32,000 nt of DNA from Buchnera aphidicola str. APS (Acyrthosiphon pisum) (GTDB lineage Bacteria > Pseudomonadota > Gammaproteobacteria > Enterobacterales > Enterobacteriaceae). The position numbers and the translations under genes are program-made. How positions within the stretch are numbered: position 1 is the stretch's first letter; every line of letters begins with the position of its first letter. The stretch lies in assembly GCF_000009605.1 (NCBI RefSeq), contig NC_002528.1:360001-392000 (forward strand). Reading direction: 5' to 3'. This document shows, one piece after another, positions 29,976 to 32,000 of this stretch. The notes beneath the pieces are model-generated. The model searched no databases. It saw nothing but the letters and a program-made list of their open reading frames with translations, and was not told where the DNA came from.

Positions 29976-30320
29976 ATGCAAGATAATTCAATTTTTAAAA
30001 ATATTATTCAAAGAAAAATACCAGCAAATATTGTTTATCAAGATAAAAAAATCACTGCTTTTGAAGATATAAAACCAAAAGCACCTGTACATATATTAAT
30101 TATACCTAATTTTTTTATTTCATCATCAAATGATATCAATAAAAAAAACAAATGGATTATGTCACATATGTTTTATATTGCCGTGAAAATTGCAAAACAA
30201 AAAAAAATAAATCAAGAAGGATATAGAATTATTATTAATTGTAATGAATATGGAGGTCAGGAAATCAATTATCTACACATGCATTTATTAGGCGGCAAAA
30301 AATTAAAATCTTTCTCCTAA
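29976..30320 (+). CDS. hinT: HIT-family purine nucleoside phosphoramidase HinT (YcfF)
   Basis: [40 protein letters not shown]; C-terminal [18 protein letters not shown]. Confidence 0.93.
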   Translation: MQDNSIFKNIIQRKIPANIVYQDKKITAFEDIKPKAPVHILIIPNFFISSSNDINKKNKWIMSHMFYIAVKIAKQKKINQEGYRIIINCNEYGGQEINYLHMHLLGGKKLKSFS

Positions 30321-30378
30321 TTTTTTTATAGAAAAAATTTTTATGAAAATTTCTTTTTTTACATTATAAGGATAAGAT

Positions 30379-30906
30379 TTGAGAAGAAATTTGTTATTGA
30401 TATTATTTATTATATTTTTTATAAATAGTTGTTCTTATTCTAAAAATATAGAGAATACTTTTTCGAAGGTAAAAAAAACAAATTTTATTCTTTTAAAATT
30501 TGATTCTGCTATAGAAAAGATCATTTCGGAAATGTTAAAACCTAATCATATATTAATCTTTAATAAAAAATTATTTTTTATTGATTTACTAGAAAATCAA
30601 ACTAATATTTTTATAGACAGGGAAAAAATTACAGATTTAATAAAACACAAAATTTCCATAAAAAATAATGACATTCATTTTCTTGAAAAAAATATGATTA
30701 AAAAAAATAAAAAAAAAATAGGTATTTTAGAAATAAAAAAATCACTAGATACCAGTACTGCAATTTTTTTCTCTCGCAATAACAATGTAGAATATTATAT
30801 ACACAGCTGTATTTCTGGTAAAAATGAACCTTTTTTATTAAAAATTGAATTGATACTTGTTAAAACAGGAGAAATAGTATTTATGAAAGAAGAGAGATGC
30901 TATTGA
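30379..30906 (+). CDS. lpoB: Lipoprotein YcfM/LpoB (penicillin-binding protein activator), TTG start
   Basis: Lipobox-like LFIIFFINSCS near the N-terminus, position next to hinT; start TTG with AAGGA 6 nt upstream. Overall sequence similarity weak. Confidence 0.65.
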   Translation: MRRNLLLILFIIFFINSCSYSKNIENTFSKVKKTNFILLKFDSAIEKIISEMLKPNHILIFNKKLFFIDLLENQTNIFIDREKITDLIKHKISIKNNDIHFLEKNMIKKNKKKIGILEIKKSLDTSTAIFFSRNNNVEYYIHSCISGKNEPFLLKIELILVKTGEIVFMKEERCY

Positions 30907-30993
30907 TAAAAACGGTATGTAAAAAAATTATATTTTATATATAAAAAATATTAAGACTAATTTTGAAAATAAAAAAAGACTTTTTGATGTGTC

Positions 30994-31102
30994 TAAGAGT
31001 AGTTCTTTCTACCGACGTTCGTATAATTAAATAATTAATTATTCTGAAATATAATAAATAGATTTCTCTATTATATGTCAGTAGAAAGTTCTAACTCTTA
31101 GT
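30994..31102. repeat. Large imperfect inverted repeat (arms 30994-31017 and 31078-31102, ~60-nt AT-rich centre)
   Basis: ctaagagtagttctttctaccgac versus gtcagtagaaagttctaactcttag: 21 of 24 positions pair with one bulge. Lies between convergent lpoB and porin genes. Confidence 0.8.
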
Positions 31103-31154
31103 TGTTTTAGAAAAAAAGCTAAATTAATTTTAAAAAATATATATTTTCATGAAA

Positions 31155-32000
31155 TTAGAAATGATAAACTATTCCAGCACCAATGGTGTTATCTGTAGGA
31201 ATGTTTTGCTCTTTAATAACATTATCACTCTTTAATAAATTAATTGTATAATTCATATATGTAGAAATATTTTTGTTAAATTCATAACGAGTAGAAATAT
31301 TAATTTGTTTTGCTAATTCTAAATTTTTAGGAACAGTAGTAGCATCTTTTATATTTAAATTTTGCCCCTTAGAATCTAAATAACTCAAGGAAGGATGAAA
31401 TCCAGAATGAAAATTATATTCTGCAATCGCTTCAATATTTTGAGTTTTATTGATATATGGTTGATCCTTAGAAGCATTATTATCGCTAAGAATATTTAAT
31501 GATGGTGTTAAATTACGTCCTTCACCATAAAATGCTGCTATATATATATCATTAGCATCATATTTAAAACCTAAACCATATGCACCTACAGAAGGAGTTA
31601 GCTTGTTGTCTTGATTACTTTTGTCAGATTGAAATCTTTGAGAAGAAAAACAAGAACCAATGGCAGTAAGTCCCACATCAGTTTCATATTTTATAGAAAT
31701 ACCCCAACCAGGACCATTTGTCTGATTTTGCGCTCTATTTTCAGATTGATCTTGATACTGTAATATAAAACTCATTCCGTCAATTAAACCAAAAATATCA
31801 TCATTTTTATAAGTAAGTAAACTATTGCTTCTACCCGTCATATAGTTATCGTTATACGAAAATATACTATCTTTATTAATATATGGAGAACGATTAGTCA
31901 ACGCTTGCACGTCATGTAAAACACCATAATTACGACCATAATCTATTGATCCCCAATTGCCATACTTGAAACCAGCATATCCTAGACGTAAATTGTTAGG
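31155..32000 (-). CDS. ompF: OmpF/OmpC-like trimeric porin (N-terminus beyond window edge)
   Basis: Frame continues to the window edge as NNLRLGYAGFKYGNWGSIDYGRNYGVLHDVQALTN; also FGLIDGMSFILQYQ, GLGFKYDANDIYIAAFYGEGRN, terminal GAGIVYHF. Confidence 0.92.
   Translation of the reverse strand, partial: PNNLRLGYAGFKYGNWGSIDYGRNYGVLHDVQALTNRSPYINKDSIFSYNDNYMTGRSNSLLTYKNDDIFGLIDGMSFILQYQDQSENRAQNQTNGPGWGISIKYETDVGLTAIGSCFSSQRFQSDKSNQDNKLTPSVGAYGLGFKYDANDIYIAAFYGEGRNLTPSLNILSDNNASKDQPYINKTQNIEAIAEYNFHSGFHPSLSYLDSKGQNLNIKDATTVPKNLELAKQINISTRYEFNKNISTYMNYTINLLKSDNVIKEQNIPTDNTIGAGIVYHF

Noticed and set aside
1-32000. Search for CRISPR arrays, IS elements, toxin-antitoxin pairs, phage genes or a new defence-like cassette.
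   Set aside because: No regularly spaced repeats, transposase, integrase or unknown conserved cluster seen; almost every long ORF is assigned to a known enteric family in ancestral order.

Overview
This window is a strongly AT-biased, tightly packed gammaproteobacterial endosymbiont chromosome segment. Protein content and gene order match Buchnera aphidicola (Enterobacterales-derived aphid symbiont). Gene order, with - marking minus-strand genes: yoaE C-terminus (partial) - tsaB | minE-minD-minC (-) | rsmC (frameshifted) | tRNA-Leu(UAA) and tRNA-Cys(GCA) (-) | tRNA-Ser(UGA) | ompA (-) | murJ (-) | pyrC | flgN, flgA (-) | flgB (frameshifted) flgC D E F G H I J K | rne (-) | rluC, rpmF, fabD (frameshifted), fabG, acpP, tmk, holB, tatD-family, ptsG, hinT, lpoB | OmpF-like porin (-, partial). 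I found no CRISPR, mobile element, toxin or novel defence-like cassette, and no cluster that I would call a new biological system. The observations most worth a second look are: (1) fabD and rsmC are each broken exactly at an A10 tract, both restored by one extra A, while A10 tracts in tsaB and tmk are in frame; this fits poly(A) slippage or rescue. (2) flgB has a 1-nt frameshift not in a long homopolymer. (3) The RNase E tail is low-complexity but keeps two islands resembling the E. coli enolase-binding and PNPase-binding segments, plus a possible membrane helix. (4) A ~25-nt-arm imperfect inverted repeat lies between lpoB and the porin. (5) HinT lacks the first His of its HIT motif. Homology calls come from remembered family sequences; no database search was run.
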